Positions 17,456 to 29,588 of a stretch of 32,000 nucleotides of DNA are shown piece by piece. Each line of letters starts with the position of its first letter. Position 1 is the stretch's first letter. Made by a program: the position numbers and the translations under genes. Source of the DNA: Candidatus Methylomirabilis oxygeniifera (GTDB taxonomy: Bacteria; Methylomirabilota; Methylomirabilia; Methylomirabilales; Methylomirabilaceae); assembly GCA_000091165.1 (NCBI GenBank), contig FP565575.1:450001-482000 (forward strand). The letters run 5' to 3'. Under the pieces are notes generated by a model. It was not told where the DNA came from, ran no database searches, and saw nothing but the letters and a program-made list of their open reading frames with translations.

Positions 17456-20400
17456 TTGGATAAGTTTTTTGGGTTCTACGACGAAAAGACTATCGATCCT
17501 ACGAGCTTTAAGGCTATTCGGATCGGACTCGCGTCGCCGGAGAAGATTCGATCGTGGTCCTTCGGAGAGGTGAAGAAGCCGGAGACCATTAATTATCGGA
17601 CGTTCAAGCCGGAGCGAGATGGGCTCTTCTGCTCGAAGATCTTCGGCCCGACAAAGGATTGGGAATGTAACTGCGGCAAGTATAAGGGAATCAAGCATAA
17701 GGGGGTTGTCTGCGACAAGTGTGGCGTTGAGGTGATCAGGAGTAAGGCGCGACGACAGCGGCTGGGCCACATCGAGCTGGTCTCCCCGGTCGTACATGTC
17801 TGGTTCTACAAAGGCGTACCCAGCCGAATCGGCTATCTCCTCGATATATCCCTCCGCGACCTGGAGAAGGTTCTCTATTTTGAAGCGTATGTCGTCGTGA
17901 ACCCAGGTAAGACGTCATTCGACGTGAAGCAGCTCCTGACCGAGGAACAGCACCGTCAGGCCTGTGAGGAGTACGGAGACGCCTTCAAGGCTGGGATCGG
18001 CGCAGGGGCTATTCGGGATCTGTTGAAACGGCTGAATCTTCGCGAGCTCGCGGAAGGTCTCCATGCGCAGATGCTCCAAGAGACGTCCCAACAGAACCGG
18101 AAGAAGATCACCAAACGGTTACGCATCGTGGAGGCCTTCATCGATTCCGGCAATAAGCCCGAATGGATGATCCTGGACGCGATTCCGGTCCTACCCCCTG
18201 AGCTTAGGCCGCTGGTCCCCCTTGACGGTGGGCGTTTCGCGACATCGGACCTGAACGATCTCTATCGGCGGGTCATCAATCGTAATAACCGGCTGAGACG
18301 TCTTATTGAACTCAGGGCGCCAGATATCATCATCCGAAATGAGAAGCGGATGCTGCAAGAGGCGGTCGACGCGCTATTCGATAATGGTCGTCGCGGCCGC
18401 GCGTTGAAAGGACAGAACAATCGTCCCCTCAAGTCTCTTTCGGAAATGCTGAAGGGGAAGCAGGGGCGATTCCGTCAGAACTTACTCGGAAAAAGAGTGG
18501 ACTACTCCGGACGATCGGTGATTGTGGTAGGGCCGGAACTGAAGTTGCACCAGTGCGGCTTACCGAAGAAGATGGCGCTCGAACTGTTCAAACCCTTCAT
18601 CTTCAGGAAGCTCCTCAAAGACGGTGTTGTAACCACTATCAAGAGCGCCAAGAAGCTGGTAGAAAAGAGCAAGCCTGAGGTGTGGGACGCCCTGGAAGAG
18701 GTGATCCGCGAACACCCAGTCCTCCTGAACCGCGCCCCGACGCTGCACCGGTTGGGCGTGCAGGCGTTTGAACCCGTACTGGTGGAAGGGGAAGCGATCA
18801 AGATCCATCCCCTGGTCTGCGCGGCTTTCAATGCTGACTTCGATGGCGACCAGATGGCCGTCCATGTGCCCCTGTCGCCTGAAGCCCAGATCGAGGCCTC
18901 GGTGCTGATGCTGGCGCCCCATAATATTCTGTCACCGGCAAACGGTTTACCCATCGCTGCGCCAAGCCAGGATATCGTGCTGGGCTGTTACTACTTGACC
19001 AGGAGCCGAGCCGGCGAGATCGGCGAAGGGCATGTATTCTCCGATATGGACGAGGTGAAGGCTGCCTATGATGCCGATGAGGTAAGTCTGATGGCCGCGA
19101 TTAAGGTCCGCGTTGGAGGTGAGCTGATCGATGCCACTCCCGGCCGCTGCATCTTCAATGAACACCTGCCGGAGACACTCCGATTCATTAACCAGGAGAT
19201 GAACAGGCGGGAGTTGACACGTCTCATCGCGCAGTGCTACTACCTCCTTGGGAATGCGGAAACGGTCAAACTCCTGGACAATCTGAAGGATCTCGGATTC
19301 AGATATGCGACGCTCGCCGGAATCTCGATCGGCATTGACGATATGCTCGTTCCATCTACGAAGGGCAAGTTGATCGACGAGGCCAACAAGGAGATCGTCA
19401 AGATCGAGCGCGAGTATCAGGATGGTCTGATTACCAAAGGCGAACGTTACAACAAGATTATCGATATCTGGACTCACGTGACCGAACGTGTGTCTGATGA
19501 GATGTTCCGAGAGATCGAGGCGGAGGAGAAGGGGGAATTTAACCCGGTCTTCATGATGGCCGACTCCGGTGCGAGAGGCAGCCGGCAGCAGATCAGGCAG
19601 TTGGCCGGCATGCGCGGCTTGATGGCCAAACCCTCCGGAGAGATCATCGAGACCCCCATCACTGCGAACTTCCGGGAGGGTCTCACGGTCCTTCAGTACT
19701 TTATCTCAACCCACGGCGCCCGGAAGGGTTTGGCGGATACGGCGTTGAAGACGGCCGATTCCGGTTACCTGACGCGCCGGCTGGTGGATGTGGCGCAGGA
19801 TGTCATTGTCACCGAGGTGGATTGCGGTACACCGAATGGAATATGGGTCACCCCGCTCATCGAGGGCGGTGAGATTATACAACCTCTGCGTGACCGTATC
19901 CTCGGTCGGGTCGTCCTGGATGATCTCCTTGATCCCTTCACGGGAGAAATTCTGGTGGAGGCGAATCAGGAGATCGTAGAGATATTGGCCAGTAAGATTG
20001 AAAATGCCGGTATTGACAGGGTGAAGATCCGCTCCGTGCTGACGTGTGAGGCGCGACGCGGCATCTGCATTAAGTGCTATGGCCGTAATCTTGCTACCGG
20101 CAGGCTGGTGGAATTGGGAGAGGCGTGCGGCGTCCTGGCGGCGCAGTCTATCGGTGAGCCGGGAACCCAGTTGACCATGCGGACGTTCCATATCGGGGGT
20201 ACGGCGAGTCGTGCCGTCGAGCAGAGTACGCTCGAATGTAAGGGGGCGGGGATTGTCAGATTTACGAGCCTGCGTACGGTGAAGACCGCGAAGAACGATT
20301 ACGTGGTGATGAATCGCAATGGCGTGATCAGCATCATGGACGAGAAGGGACGGAAGAAAGAAAGCTACCCGGCGGTCTACGGCGGTCACCTGAAAGTGGA

Positions 20401-21553
20401 GGATGGCGCGACGGTGAAGGCGGGGCAGATCCTGATGGAGTGGGACCCCTTTACCAGTGCGATCCTGGCTGAACATGGCGGACTGGTGCACTTTCGGGAT
20501 GTCGTAGAGGGGGTGACTATCCGGGAGGAAGTAGACGAGGTCACCGGTCTATCCCAGCGCGTCGTGGTAGAGCATGGACGGGAGGATTTGCAGCCCAGGA
20601 TTTCGATTAAGGACGAGCAGGGCGCCACTGTCTTCCGCTGTTTGCTGCCTGTCAGCGCTCACCTGATGGTGAGCGAGGGACAGATGGTATCGGCAGGAGA
20701 CAGCATTTCGAAGATTCCACGGGAGACGATGAAAACGAAGGACATCACGGGTGGTCTTCCGCGGGTGGCCGAGCTGTTCGAGGCGCGCAGGCCGAAGGAT
20801 GCGGCAGTTATCTCCGAGATCGATGGTCGTGTGGAACTGGGCGGCATCGTCAAGGGTATGCGCAAACTGTCCGTCAGAGATGAGCACGGTGATCTGAGAG
20901 AATACTTGATCGCTCGACGCAGGCACGTTAATGTGCTGGATGGGGACGAGGTCAAGGCCGGTGAAGCGTTCATGGACGGCCCGATTAACCCCCACGATAT
21001 CCTGGACGTGTTGGGTGAACAGGAACTGCAGAAGTATCTGGTAAATGAGATCCAGGAAGTCTACCGGCTCCAAGGGGTTCAGATCAACGATAAACATATT
21101 GAGGTGATCGTCAGGCAGATGCTCAAGCGCGTTCGGGTCGAGGCCGTCGGCGACGCCAACTTCCTGGTCGGCGAGCATGTTGATAAGGCCGTCTTTCTTG
21201 AAGAGAACCAGCGTGTCGTGGCCTCAGGCGGGACTCCCGCTACCGCCAAGCCTCTTCTCCTTGGGATCACGAAGGCGTCACTCTCGACGGACAGCTTCAT
21301 CTCCGCCGCCTCGTTCCAGGAAACGACGAAGGTCTTGACGGAAGCGGCCATCAATGGGGCGAGGGATGAATTGCGTGGCCTGAAAGAGAACGTCATCATG
21401 GGTCGGCTGATTCCGGCCGGCACCGGGATGAGGTGGTACCGAGATACGACGATCTCGACTCCGGAGGTGGCGGCGCCGAAGGAACTCTTAACCGGAACGG
21501 CCGTCGCTGTTGACGAAGATTCGGACGAGCTGGATGCACCGTTGAATAATTGA
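17456..21553 (+). CDS. rpoC: DNA-directed RNA polymerase subunit beta'
   Basis: [23 protein letters not shown] zinc motif, [16 protein letters not shown] active site, [13 protein letters not shown]; TTG start 5 nt after GGAGGT. Confidence 0.99.
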   Translation: MDKFFGFYDEKTIDPTSFKAIRIGLASPEKIRSWSFGEVKKPETINYRTFKPERDGLFCSKIFGPTKDWECNCGKYKGIKHKGVVCDKCGVEVIRSKARRQRLGHIELVSPVVHVWFYKGVPSRIGYLLDISLRDLEKVLYFEAYVVVNPGKTSFDVKQLLTEEQHRQACEEYGDAFKAGIGAGAIRDLLKRLNLRELAEGLHAQMLQETSQQNRKKITKRLRIVEAFIDSGNKPEWMILDAIPVLPPELRPLVPLDGGRFATSDLNDLYRRVINRNNRLRRLIELRAPDIIIRNEKRMLQEAVDALFDNGRRGRALKGQNNRPLKSLSEMLKGKQGRFRQNLLGKRVDYSGRSVIVVGPELKLHQCGLPKKMALELFKPFIFRKLLKDGVVTTIKSAKKLVEKSKPEVWDALEEVIREHPVLLNRAPTLHRLGVQAFEPVLVEGEAIKIHPLVCAAFNADFDGDQMAVHVPLSPEAQIEASVLMLAPHNILSPANGLPIAAPSQDIVLGCYYLTRSRAGEIGEGHVFSDMDEVKAAYDADEVSLMAAIKVRVGGELIDATPGRCIFNEHLPETLRFINQEMNRRELTRLIAQCYYLLGNAETVKLLDNLKDLGFRYATLAGISIGIDDMLVPSTKGKLIDEANKEIVKIEREYQDGLITKGERYNKIIDIWTHVTERVSDEMFREIEAEEKGEFNPVFMMADSGARGSRQQIRQLAGMRGLMAKPSGEIIETPITANFREGLTVLQYFISTHGARKGLADTALKTADSGYLTRRLVDVAQDVIVTEVDCGTPNGIWVTPLIEGGEIIQPLRDRILGRVVLDDLLDPFTGEILVEANQEIVEILASKIENAGIDRVKIRSVLTCEARRGICIKCYGRNLATGRLVELGEACGVLAAQSIGEPGTQLTMRTFHIGGTASRAVEQSTLECKGAGIVRFTSLRTVKTAKNDYVVMNRNGVISIMDEKGRKKESYPAVYGGHLKVEDGATVKAGQILMEWDPFTSAILAEHGGLVHFRDVVEGVTIREEVDEVTGLSQRVVVEHGREDLQPRISIKDEQGATVFRCLLPVSAHLMVSEGQMVSAGDSISKIPRETMKTKDITGGLPRVAELFEARRPKDAAVISEIDGRVELGGIVKGMRKLSVRDEHGDLREYLIARRRHVNVLDGDEVKAGEAFMDGPINPHDILDVLGEQELQKYLVNEIQEVYRLQGVQINDKHIEVIVRQMLKRVRVEAVGDANFLVGEHVDKAVFLEENQRVVASGGTPATAKPLLLGITKASLSTDSFISAASFQETTKVLTEAAINGARDELRGLKENVIMGRLIPAGTGMRWYRDTTISTPEVAAPKELLTGTAVAVDEDSDELDAPLNN

Positions 21554-21585
21554 TAATTAATCTAAGAAAGTGGTCATTAAAAAGC

Positions 21586-21613
21586 TTGACAATAGCAACT
21601 GACTCTATATAAT
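21586..21613 (+). promoter_or_regulatory. Predicted sigma70-type promoter of the rpsL (str) operon
   Basis: Consensus TTGACA (21586-21591), 16-nt spacer, consensus TATAAT (21608-21613), upstream of rpsL. Confidence 0.8.
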
Positions 21614-21645
21614 ATCTTGGTTTGCCTAATAGAGGGGAGGAGCCA

Positions 21646-22023
21646 GTGCCCACCATCCACCAGTTAGTTCGTAAGGGTCGAGCAGCAGCCGTGAAGAAGG
21701 CCAAGACGCCGGCGTTGCAGCGGTGTCCGCAGCGGCGTGGGGTCTGTATTCGCGTCTACACGACCACGCCAAAGAAGCCGAACTCGGCCCTTCGGAAGGT
21801 GACCAGGGTGCGTCTCAGCAACGGGATCGAGGTGACCACGTATATTCCCGGGATCGGCCACAATTTGCAGGAGCATTCGATTGTCCTGATCAGGGGAGGG
21901 CGCGTGAAGGATCTGCCTGGTGTCCGCTATCATGTGATTCGCGGCGCGCTCGATACGGCAGGGGTCCAGGATCGCAAACAGGCTCGATCCCTTTATGGAG
22001 CGAAGAGACCAAAGACCGGCTAA
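21646..22023 (+). CDS. rpsL: 30S ribosomal protein S12
   Basis: [100 protein letters not shown]; GTG 21646 behind GAGGAG. Confidence 0.97.
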   Translation: MPTIHQLVRKGRAAAVKKAKTPALQRCPQRRGVCIRVYTTTPKKPNSALRKVTRVRLSNGIEVTTYIPGIGHNLQEHSIVLIRGGRVKDLPGVRYHVIRGALDTAGVQDRKQARSLYGAKRPKTG

Positions 22024-22129
22024 TGATCTTCGGTACTGAAGAGACAATCGGCTCTTCACGGGCCCTGCCTGAAGCGCCGATTTTAATTTTCTGATCGAGT
22101 GTAGAACCCATTTCCTCGGGGAACGCGTT

Positions 22130-22600
22130 ATGCCAAGACGAAAAGTAGCTGACAAGCACGAGATTGTTGCTGATCCCGTCTATAACAACCGGATGGTTGC
22201 GAAGTTTATCAACACCATGATGGTCAAGGGCAAAAAGAGCGTGGCCGAATCGATTGTCTACGGGTCGATGAAGATTATTGAAGATCGGGCCAAAACCGAT
22301 CCGTTGCGGATGTTTAAACAGGCTGTAGACAACGTCAAGCCGATCCTTGAAGTCAAATCGCGCCGCGTGGGCGGCGCAACCTATCAGGTGCCGGTTGAGG
22401 TCCGAGCGGATCGTCGGACGTCGCTGGCGTTCCGTTGGATCATCGGATTTTCAAGGAAACGCACAGAGAAGACGATGGCCGAGCGGTTAGCTGCTGAGTT
22501 GACGGAGGCGGCGGCCAACCGAGGCAGCTCGGTCAAGAAGAAGGAAGATACGCATAAGATGGCTGAAGCGAATAAGGCGTTCGCCCATTATCGCTGGTAA
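22130..22600 (+). CDS. rpsG: 30S ribosomal protein S7
   Basis: [68 protein letters not shown]. Confidence 0.97.
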   Translation: MPRRKVADKHEIVADPVYNNRMVAKFINTMMVKGKKSVAESIVYGSMKIIEDRAKTDPLRMFKQAVDNVKPILEVKSRRVGGATYQVPVEVRADRRTSLAFRWIIGFSRKRTEKTMAERLAAELTEAAANRGSSVKKKEDTHKMAEANKAFAHYRW

Positions 22601-22606
22601 GAGGAA

Positions 22607-22683
22607 GTGATTAGTGCCTCGTGTTAAGTGTCGAGTAAAGAACCTCAAGGTGAACGCTCGACGCTCAACACTCAACACTCGTA
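22607..22683. repeat. Bipartite heptad repeat element, GTGTTAA / ACTCAAC family
   Basis: GTGATTA GTGCCTC GTGTTAA GTGTCGA (22607-22634), centre, GCTCGAC GCTCAAC ACTCAAC ACTCGTA (22656-22683). Confidence 0.75.
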
Positions 22684-22698
22684 ACCCGGAAGACTAAG

Positions 22699-24792
22699 AT
22701 GGCAGAGACATATTCAATAGAGACAGTCCGGAACATCGGGATCATGGCCCACATCGATGCGGGGAAGACCACCACTACGGAGCGGATCCTGTATTACACC
22801 GGCAAGACCTATAAGATCGGCGAGGTTCACGAGGGTTCCACCGAGATGGATTGGATGGAGCAGGAGCGCGAGCGGGGGATTACGATTACCTCTGCCACCA
22901 CTACCTGTTTTTGGCGGAATCATCGAATCAACATTATCGATACGCCCGGACACGTCGATTTTACCGTTGAGGTTGAACGGTCGCTGCGGGTGCTGGATGG
23001 GGCTGTAGCGGTATTCGACGCCGTGGCTGGGGTTGAACCTCAGTCGGAGACGGTATGGCGGCAGGCGAATAAGTATAGCGTTCCCCGGATCGCCTTCGTG
23101 AATAAGATGGATCGCATGGGGGCCAATTTCGATCAGTGTGTTCGGATGATGGCCGAGCGCCTCGGGGCCGTTCCGCTGGTTGTGCAGCTCCCTATCGGTA
23201 AAGAGGATCACTTCCAGGGTATCGTCGACCTCATCCGAATGAAGGCGGTGATCTGGAACGAGGAGACATTGGGAGCAAGCTATCAGGAGGAGGACATTTC
23301 AGAGGAGATGCGCCCGCTCGCTCAGGAGGCTCGCGAGCGGCTGCTGGAGACCATCGCTGAAGTGGACGACGGCTTCCTTGTACGGTATGTGGACGGCTTG
23401 GCGGTTGGGCCTGACGAGATTAAGGCCGCCATCCGCAGTGCCGTACTCAGGCTTAAGTTGGTCCCGGTGCTGGCCGGCGCCTCGTTCAAGAACAAAGGGG
23501 TGCAGCCGCTGCTGGATGCAGTTGTCGACTATCTTCCCTCTCCGGTTGATCTGCCGCCGATTGAGGGTCTCGATACGGCGACAGGGAAACCCGCCGTACG
23601 AATCCCTAAGCCGAAGGAACCATTCGCGGCATTAGTATTCAAGATTATGACGGACCCGTATGTGGGGCAACTGGCCTTCTTCAGAGTCTACTCCGGCAGC
23701 CTGAGCTCCGGCAGCCAGGTGTACAACTCTACGCGCAGTACCCGTGAGCGGGTCGGACGACTGCTGCAAATGCATGCGAACAAACGCGAGGACATCAAGG
23801 AGGTCTCTGCCGGCGACATTGCGGCTGCTGTGGGACTCAAGGGCGCCAGGACAGGAGATACCCTGTGTGACGAGGTCAACCAGATTATTCTGGAGTCGAT
23901 CGTGTTTCCAGAGCCCGTGATCTCTGTGGCCATTGAGCCGAAGACGAAAGAAGGCCAGGATCGGCTGGCGGCTGGGCTTGCTGCGTTAGCCAATGAAGAT
24001 CCGACCTTTCGCGCCAGTACGGACGAAGAGACCGGTCAGACCATCATCTCGGGAATGGGCGAACTGCATCTTGAGATCATCGTCGACAGACTCCTGCGGG
24101 AGTTTCGGGTGGAGGCGAATGTCGGTAAGCCTCAGGTGGCCTACCGTGAAACCGTGACGGTTTTGGCCGAGGCTGAGGGCCGGTATGTGCGACAAACCGG
24201 CGGGCGCGGACAGTACGGGCACGTCTGGATCAAGTTGGAGCCTGCCGTTGCTCGATCGGGATTCGAGTTTGTGAACAAGATTGTGGGCGGTGTAGTGCCC
24301 AAAGAGTATATTTCAGCGGTAGAGAAGGGAATCAAGGAGGCGTTGCATACCGGGGTGGTGGCCGGTTACCCGGTCATCGATGTGAAGGTTACCCTCTTCG
24401 ACGGATCGTATCATGAAGTGGACTCCTCCGAGATGTCGTTCAAGATCGCCGGGTCAATGGCGTTCAAAGCGGCAGCCGTCCGTGGAAAGCCGGTGCTGCT
24501 GGAACCGATCATGCAAGTCGATGTCTCAACACCCGAGGATTTTCTCGGCGACGTTATCGGAAATTTGAATTCGCGTCGCGGTCGGGTCACTGGGATCGAG
24601 TCCAGGCAGGCCTCCCAGGTTGTTCAAGCGGATGTGCCGCTATCCGAGATGTTCGGGTATGCTACCGACCTGCGCTCAGCCACTCAGGGACGGGCTGCCC
24701 ATTCGATGCAGTTCTCGCGGTACGAGCCTGTTCCCGCCAGTATTGCAGAAGAGATTGTGGCCCGTATGGGCGGGCGGACCGGCGGACGGTAG
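22699..24792 (+). CDS. fusA: Elongation factor G
   Basis: [106 protein letters not shown]; 697 aa. Confidence 0.98.
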   Translation: MAETYSIETVRNIGIMAHIDAGKTTTTERILYYTGKTYKIGEVHEGSTEMDWMEQERERGITITSATTTCFWRNHRINIIDTPGHVDFTVEVERSLRVLDGAVAVFDAVAGVEPQSETVWRQANKYSVPRIAFVNKMDRMGANFDQCVRMMAERLGAVPLVVQLPIGKEDHFQGIVDLIRMKAVIWNEETLGASYQEEDISEEMRPLAQEARERLLETIAEVDDGFLVRYVDGLAVGPDEIKAAIRSAVLRLKLVPVLAGASFKNKGVQPLLDAVVDYLPSPVDLPPIEGLDTATGKPAVRIPKPKEPFAALVFKIMTDPYVGQLAFFRVYSGSLSSGSQVYNSTRSTRERVGRLLQMHANKREDIKEVSAGDIAAAVGLKGARTGDTLCDEVNQIILESIVFPEPVISVAIEPKTKEGQDRLAAGLAALANEDPTFRASTDEETGQTIISGMGELHLEIIVDRLLREFRVEANVGKPQVAYRETVTVLAEAEGRYVRQTGGRGQYGHVWIKLEPAVARSGFEFVNKIVGGVVPKEYISAVEKGIKEALHTGVVAGYPVIDVKVTLFDGSYHEVDSSEMSFKIAGSMAFKAAAVRGKPVLLEPIMQVDVSTPEDFLGDVIGNLNSRRGRVTGIESRQASQVVQADVPLSEMFGYATDLRSATQGRAAHSMQFSRYEPVPASIAEEIVARMGGRTGGR

Positions 24793-24825
24793 TCGGACTC
24801 AGTTTCGTTTCTAAAGGAGCGGTTC

Positions 24826-26028
24826 ATGGCCAAGGCGAAGTTCGAGCGGACGAAAGAACATATGAACATCGGGACCATCGGGCACATCGACCACGGCAAG
24901 ACCACCCTGACCGCGGCGATCACGAAGGTCCTCCATGCGGCGAATGCGAAGGTCGCCTTCGTTCCCTTCGACCAGATCGACAAGGCGCCGGAGGAGAAGG
25001 AGCGGGGGATCACTATCAACATCGCCCACGTCGAGTATGAGACGGCCAAGCGGCACTACGCCCATGTCGACTGCCCCGGCCACGCCGACTACATCAAGAA
25101 CATGATCACCGGCGCGGCTCAGATGGACGGGGCGATCCTGGTCGTCGCCGCCTCTGAGGGCCCAATGCCCCAGACCCGCGAGCACATCCTCCTGGCCCGA
25201 CAGGTCAACGTCCCCAACCTGGTCGTCTTTCTGAACAAGGTCGACCTGGTGGACGATCCCGAACTGCTCGAGCTGGTCGAACTGGAGGTCCGCGAGCTGC
25301 TCACCGCCTACAACTTCCCGGGCGACGACATCCCCTTTGTCCGCGGCAGCGCGCTCAAAGCGCTGGAGACCGGCAGCGGTGACCGCAGCAACCCGGCGTC
25401 CACACCGATCTTTGAGCTCATGGACGCTGTCGACGCCTACTTCCCCGCCCCCGTCCGCGTGCTGGATAAGCCGTTCCTCATGCCGATCGAGGACGTCTTC
25501 TCGATCTCCGGACGCGGGACCGTCGTCACCGGCCGCGTCGAGCGCGGCATCATCAAGGTCAGCGACGAGGTGGAGCTCGTCGGCATCCGAGATACCCAGC
25601 GGACCGTCGTCACCGGGGTCGAGATGTTCCGGAAGCTCCTCGATCAGGGCCAGGCCGGCGACAACGTCGGGCTGCTCCTGCGAGGGACCAAGCGCGAGGA
25701 AGTAGAGCGCGGCCAGGTGGTGGCCAAGCCCGGCTCCATCCCCCCCCATACGCGCTTTAAGGCCGAAGCCTACATCCTCACCAAGGAAGAGGGCGGTCGC
25801 CATACCCCCTTCTTCAACGGCTATCGGCCCCAGTTCTACTTCCGGACGACTGATGTGACGGGGGTCTGCACGCTCCCCGCCGGGACCGAGATGGTCATGC
25901 CGGGCGACAACGTGAGCCTCGCGGTCGAACTGATTCAGCCGATCGCCATGGAGAAGGAGTTGCGCTTCGCGATCCGCGAGGGCGGCCGCACTGTGGGGGC
26001 CGGCGTGGTGAGCGAGGTGTTGGAGTAG
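24826..26028 (+). CDS. tuf: Elongation factor Tu, copy 2
   Basis: Same 400-aa protein as 8479-9681; canonical position fusA-tuf-rpsJ. Confidence 0.98.
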   Translation: MAKAKFERTKEHMNIGTIGHIDHGKTTLTAAITKVLHAANAKVAFVPFDQIDKAPEEKERGITINIAHVEYETAKRHYAHVDCPGHADYIKNMITGAAQMDGAILVVAASEGPMPQTREHILLARQVNVPNLVVFLNKVDLVDDPELLELVELEVRELLTAYNFPGDDIPFVRGSALKALETGSGDRSNPASTPIFELMDAVDAYFPAPVRVLDKPFLMPIEDVFSISGRGTVVTGRVERGIIKVSDEVELVGIRDTQRTVVTGVEMFRKLLDQGQAGDNVGLLLRGTKREEVERGQVVAKPGSIPPHTRFKAEAYILTKEEGGRHTPFFNGYRPQFYFRTTDVTGVCTLPAGTEMVMPGDNVSLAVELIQPIAMEKELRFAIREGGRTVGAGVVSEVLE

Positions 26029-26047
26029 GGGGGTAGAGACAGGAACG

Positions 26048-26356
26048 ATGGAAAATCAGCGAATACGAATTAGGCTAAAGGCCTACGACCACCGAATCCT
26101 CGACCAGTCGGCTAAGGAGATCGTCAACACGGCCCAGCGAACAGGCGCGAGGGTATCAGGGCCCATCCCGTTGCCGACCAAGATCAGTCGATTTACCGTG
26201 CTGCGCTCGCCGCACATCGATAAGAAGTCGCGCGAACAGTTCGAGATGCGGACTCATCTTCGGTTGATGGACATCCTAGACGCGCAGCCTCAGACGGTAG
26301 ATGCGCTGATGCGACTCGATCTCCCGGCCGGCGTCGACGTCGAGATCAAGCTCTAA
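26048..26356 (+). CDS. rpsJ: 30S ribosomal protein S10
   Basis: [72 protein letters not shown]. Confidence 0.98.
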   Translation: MENQRIRIRLKAYDHRILDQSAKEIVNTAQRTGARVSGPIPLPTKISRFTVLRSPHIDKKSREQFEMRTHLRLMDILDAQPQTVDALMRLDLPAGVDVEIKL

Positions 26357-26364
26357 AAACAGCC

Positions 26365-26413
26365 GGCAGCAATGAGCTTTCAGCTAGCCGCTGATCGCTG
26401 ACAACTGACAGCC
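26365..26413. repeat. Heptad repeat element, GCNNTCA / TGANNGC family
   Basis: GCAGCAAT GA GCTTTCA GCTAGCC GC TGATCGC TGACAAC TGACAGCC in the rpsJ-rplC spacer. Confidence 0.65.
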
Positions 26414-26427
26414 AAGGGTTAATTGAT

Positions 26428-27060
26428 ATGGGTATCGGGTTACTTGGAAAAAAGGTTGGGATGACGCAACTGTTTGGCGAGAGCGGGAACGCCGTCCCGG
26501 TGACGATCATCGAGGCAGGCCCGTGTCCGATCGTGCAACTGAGGACCAGCAGCACGGATGGGTACGAGGCCGTGCAGATCGGTTACCGGGCGGAGCGAAA
26601 GACCAGGAGAATCGCCAAGCCGCTCAAGGGTCACTTCGATAAGGCCAAGGTGACGCCTCAGAAGTATCTGAGAGAGTTCCGGTTGAAGACTCAGGACAGT
26701 TCAAAGTATACGGTTGGTGAGATTCTCACCGTCGGTCTCTTTGAGGCGGGAGAGAAGGTCCAGGTCACCGGTATCACAAAGGGGAAGGGATTTCAGGGCG
26801 GCGTCAAGCGATGGGGCTATCTGGGTGGCCCAGAGACACACGGCTCGATGTTCCACCGTGCTCCTGGGTCAATCGGGGCTTCGTCCTTTCCGTCCCGAGT
26901 CTTCAAGGGGCACCATATGCCGGGACGGATGGGTACTGACAGAGCCACTGTGAAGGGGCTCCAAGTCGTGAAGATTCTTCCGGAGCAGAATCTGGTGTTG
27001 GTCAAAGGCGCTGTGCCGGGACCGGCCGGCAGCGTCGTCACGATTTCGAAACGAGGCTAA
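26428..27060 (+). CDS. rplC: 50S ribosomal protein L3
   Basis: GLLGKKVGMTQLF, TKGKGFQGGVKRWG, GSMFHRAPGSIGASSFPSRVFKGHHMPGRMG. Confidence 0.97.
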   Translation: MGIGLLGKKVGMTQLFGESGNAVPVTIIEAGPCPIVQLRTSSTDGYEAVQIGYRAERKTRRIAKPLKGHFDKAKVTPQKYLREFRLKTQDSSKYTVGEILTVGLFEAGEKVQVTGITKGKGFQGGVKRWGYLGGPETHGSMFHRAPGSIGASSFPSRVFKGHHMPGRMGTDRATVKGLQVVKILPEQNLVLVKGAVPGPAGSVVTISKRG

Positions 27061-27064
27061 TGGG

Positions 27065-27700
27065 ATGTCGGTCATAGTTCAGGCGCTGGATACGAACGGC
27101 GTAAAAACAACAGATGTCACCCTCGATGAGATGGTATTCGGTGCTGTCGGTCCATCGCATCTCATGCACGACGTGGTCCGAATGCAACTGGCGAATCGTC
27201 GTCAGGGGACTGCCTCAACCCGCAGACGATCCGAGGTCCGAGGCGGCGGAAAAAAACCCTGGAAGCAAAAGGGAACCGGTCGAGCACGATCGGGAACGAG
27301 ACGTTCACCACTATGGCGCGGCGGTGGGACGGTATTCGGTCCCCAACCTCGAAGTTATGCCTACGAGATACCGCGTCAGGTGCGAGCCTCGGCCCTTCGG
27401 ACCGCGCTTTCTGAGAAGGTTCGGGCCGGACAGTTTGTGGTGGTGGACGGTCTTTCGCTGGCGGAGCCGAGCACCAAGGCGTTCAAGGCTCTGCTGACGC
27501 GATTGGGTGTGCAGGGACGCGCCTTGTTCGTGACGGACCAGGTCCACCAGGATGATGCGGTGAGTATGTCGTGTCGTAATCTACCAGATGTCACGCTTGT
27601 GCCGACGGCCGGGTTGAACGTGTACGATATCCTGCGGCACGACACCCTGATAATGACCAAGGGCGCAGTGAGTGCGGTCGAAGAGGCGTGGAAGCCATGA
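27065..27700 (+). CDS. rplD: 50S ribosomal protein L4
   Basis: [53 protein letters not shown]. Confidence 0.96.
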   Translation: MSVIVQALDTNGVKTTDVTLDEMVFGAVGPSHLMHDVVRMQLANRRQGTASTRRRSEVRGGGKKPWKQKGTGRARSGTRRSPLWRGGGTVFGPQPRSYAYEIPRQVRASALRTALSEKVRAGQFVVVDGLSLAEPSTKAFKALLTRLGVQGRALFVTDQVHQDDAVSMSCRNLPDVTLVPTAGLNVYDILRHDTLIMTKGAVSAVEEAWKP

Positions 27701-27987
27701 GAGAGGCATATCAGATCATCCGTCGTCCTCTTATCACCGAGAAGGGAACGGATTTGAAGGACCAGACCAATCAGTACCTTTTCGAGGTAGCCGGTAACGC
27801 CAATAAGATCGAGATCAAGCGTGCGGTAGAATCGCTGTTCGGAGTAAAGGTACGTCAGGTGCGAACACTCTCCGTGAAGGGCAAAACCAAGCGGCTGGGT
27901 CGTTTTATCGGTCGCACATCCGACTGGAAGAAGGCCATAGCAACCCTGAAAGAAGGGGAAACCATCGAGTTCTTCGAGGGAGCATAG
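27697..27987 (+). CDS. rplW: 50S ribosomal protein L23
   Basis: [52 protein letters not shown]; ATG 27697 overlaps the rplD stop. Confidence 0.95.
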   Translation: MREAYQIIRRPLITEKGTDLKDQTNQYLFEVAGNANKIEIKRAVESLFGVKVRQVRTLSVKGKTKRLGRFIGRTSDWKKAIATLKEGETIEFFEGA

Positions 27988-28806
27988 ATGCCGATTCGAG
28001 CATACAAACCGACATCTCCGGGCAGGCGCTTCCAGACTGTTCTGGAGTATGCGGACGTCACTAAATCCACACCGGAGAAGGCGCTACTCCGGCCCGCCAG
28101 GAAGAGCGGCGGCCGGAATGCGGCCGGTAGGCTTACAGTACGGCATCGTGGAGGCGGGCACAAGCGACAGTACCGGCTCGTCGATTTTAAGCGGAATAAG
28201 CCGGGTGTCTTCGCCAAGGTGGCGGCGATCGAGTACGACCCGAACCGTTCAGCGCGAATTGCGCTCCTGCACTATGCGGACGGAGAGAAGCGGTACATTG
28301 TCGGTCCCCTGGGTCTTCAGGTTGGAGAACAGGTGATGTCCGGGGCACAGGCCGAGATTAAGGTCGGCAACGCGCTTCCGCTGCGTGCCATTCCCGTCGG
28401 CATCACGCTCCATAATCTTGAATTGAAGCCCGGTAAGGGAGCGCAACTGGCGAGAAGCGCCGGATCCGGTGTACAATTCCTGGCCAAAGAGGGCGACCTC
28501 GGCCTGGTGAAGCTGCCATCCGGTGAGTTGCGTCGCCTCAGCCTTGATTGTATGGCGGTTGTCGGTCAGGTCGGTAACCTCGAGTACGAGAACGTATCGT
28601 TGGGGAAGGCTGGGCGGTCGCGATGGCTTGGGATCAGGCCGGCCGTTCGCGGTGTGGCCATGAACCCTCACGATCACCCCTTAGGCGGCGGTGAGGGCAA
28701 AACGTCCGGCGGTCGCCAGCCCTGCAGTCCCTGGGGGAAACTCGAGCGGAAAACGAGAAAGAAGGGAAAGCCCTCGGATCGTTTCATTGTGAAACGCCGA
28801 AAGTAA
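27988..28806 (+). CDS. rplB: 50S ribosomal protein L2
   Basis: [59 protein letters not shown]. Confidence 0.97.
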   Translation: MPIRAYKPTSPGRRFQTVLEYADVTKSTPEKALLRPARKSGGRNAAGRLTVRHRGGGHKRQYRLVDFKRNKPGVFAKVAAIEYDPNRSARIALLHYADGEKRYIVGPLGLQVGEQVMSGAQAEIKVGNALPLRAIPVGITLHNLELKPGKGAQLARSAGSGVQFLAKEGDLGLVKLPSGELRRLSLDCMAVVGQVGNLEYENVSLGKAGRSRWLGIRPAVRGVAMNPHDHPLGGGEGKTSGGRQPCSPWGKLERKTRKKGKPSDRFIVKRRK

Positions 28807-28887
28807 GGCAGGGTCGAGAGGCGAAGAACTGCCTGTGCAGGATCGGACCTCAGACCTTACAGCTCGGACGGCTGAACGGAGGTTAGT

Positions 28888-29172
28888 GTGCCGCGTTCAC
28901 TAAAAAAGGGTGCGTACGTAGAACCGAAGCTCCTCAAGAAGATTGAGTCGATGAATGAGGGTAGGGAGAAGAAAATCGTCAAGTCCTGGTCGAGGCGGTC
29001 GATTATCCTTCCTGAGTTTGTCGGACATACGCTGGCGATCCATAACGGGAAGAAGTTCATCCCCATTTACATTAGTGAGAACATGGTCGGGCATAAACTT
29101 GGGGAATTCTCTCCAACCAGGACCTTCCGTGGGCATGGGGCGCACACCACGCGCTCCAGTGCACTCAAATAA
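28888..29172 (+). CDS. rpsS: 30S ribosomal protein S19
   Basis: [18 protein letters not shown]...[51 protein letters not shown]; GTG start. Confidence 0.96.
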   Translation: MPRSLKKGAYVEPKLLKKIESMNEGREKKIVKSWSRRSIILPEFVGHTLAIHNGKKFIPIYISENMVGHKLGEFSPTRTFRGHGAHTTRSSALK

Positions 29173-29195
29173 ACATTAAGAGGACCGTGTCGATC

Positions 29196-29543
29196 ATGGA
29201 ATGTCGTGCTGTCGGCCGCTTTATAGGAATTCCACCGCGCAAGGCGAGACTCGTCGTTGACTTGATTCGCGGTCGCGGCATCAATCAGGCTCTTGATACC
29301 GTGCGGTATACGAAGAAGTATGCGGCCAGGGCCATCGAGAAGATTCTCAAATCGGCGCTGGCCAATGCGCAGCATAATCATGGAGCGAAGAATATCGATC
29401 GGTTGTTCGTCAAAGAGGCCTTTGTTGATCAGGGCCCGACCATTAAGCGATTTCGGCCTCGTGCCATGGGACGGGCGAATCCGATTAAGAAACGCAGTAG
29501 CCACATCACTATTGTGCTGATCGAAAAAGAAGCCGCGTTGTGA
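29196..29543 (+). CDS. rplV: 50S ribosomal protein L22
   Basis: RAVGRFIGIPPRKARLVVDLIRGRGINQAL...SHITIVLIEKE; start ATG 29196 or GTG 29187. Confidence 0.93.
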   Translation: MECRAVGRFIGIPPRKARLVVDLIRGRGINQALDTVRYTKKYAARAIEKILKSALANAQHNHGAKNIDRLFVKEAFVDQGPTIKRFRPRAMGRANPIKKRSSHITIVLIEKEAAL

Positions 29544-29588
29544 GCGAGCTCTTCGGGAGGCGGTATGTGCCCGTCTCTGTGGGAAAAT

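Noticed and set aside
24811-25803. 330-aa antisense ORF, and its twin at 8392-9456
   Set aside because: Shadow of the very GC3-rich tuf sequence on the opposite strand; duplicated only because tuf is duplicated. No start context or recognisable domain.
28807-28833. GGCAG...CTGCC inverted repeat in the rplB-rpsS spacer
   Set aside because: Only 5 bp, with no supporting context; expected by chance in GC-rich DNA.
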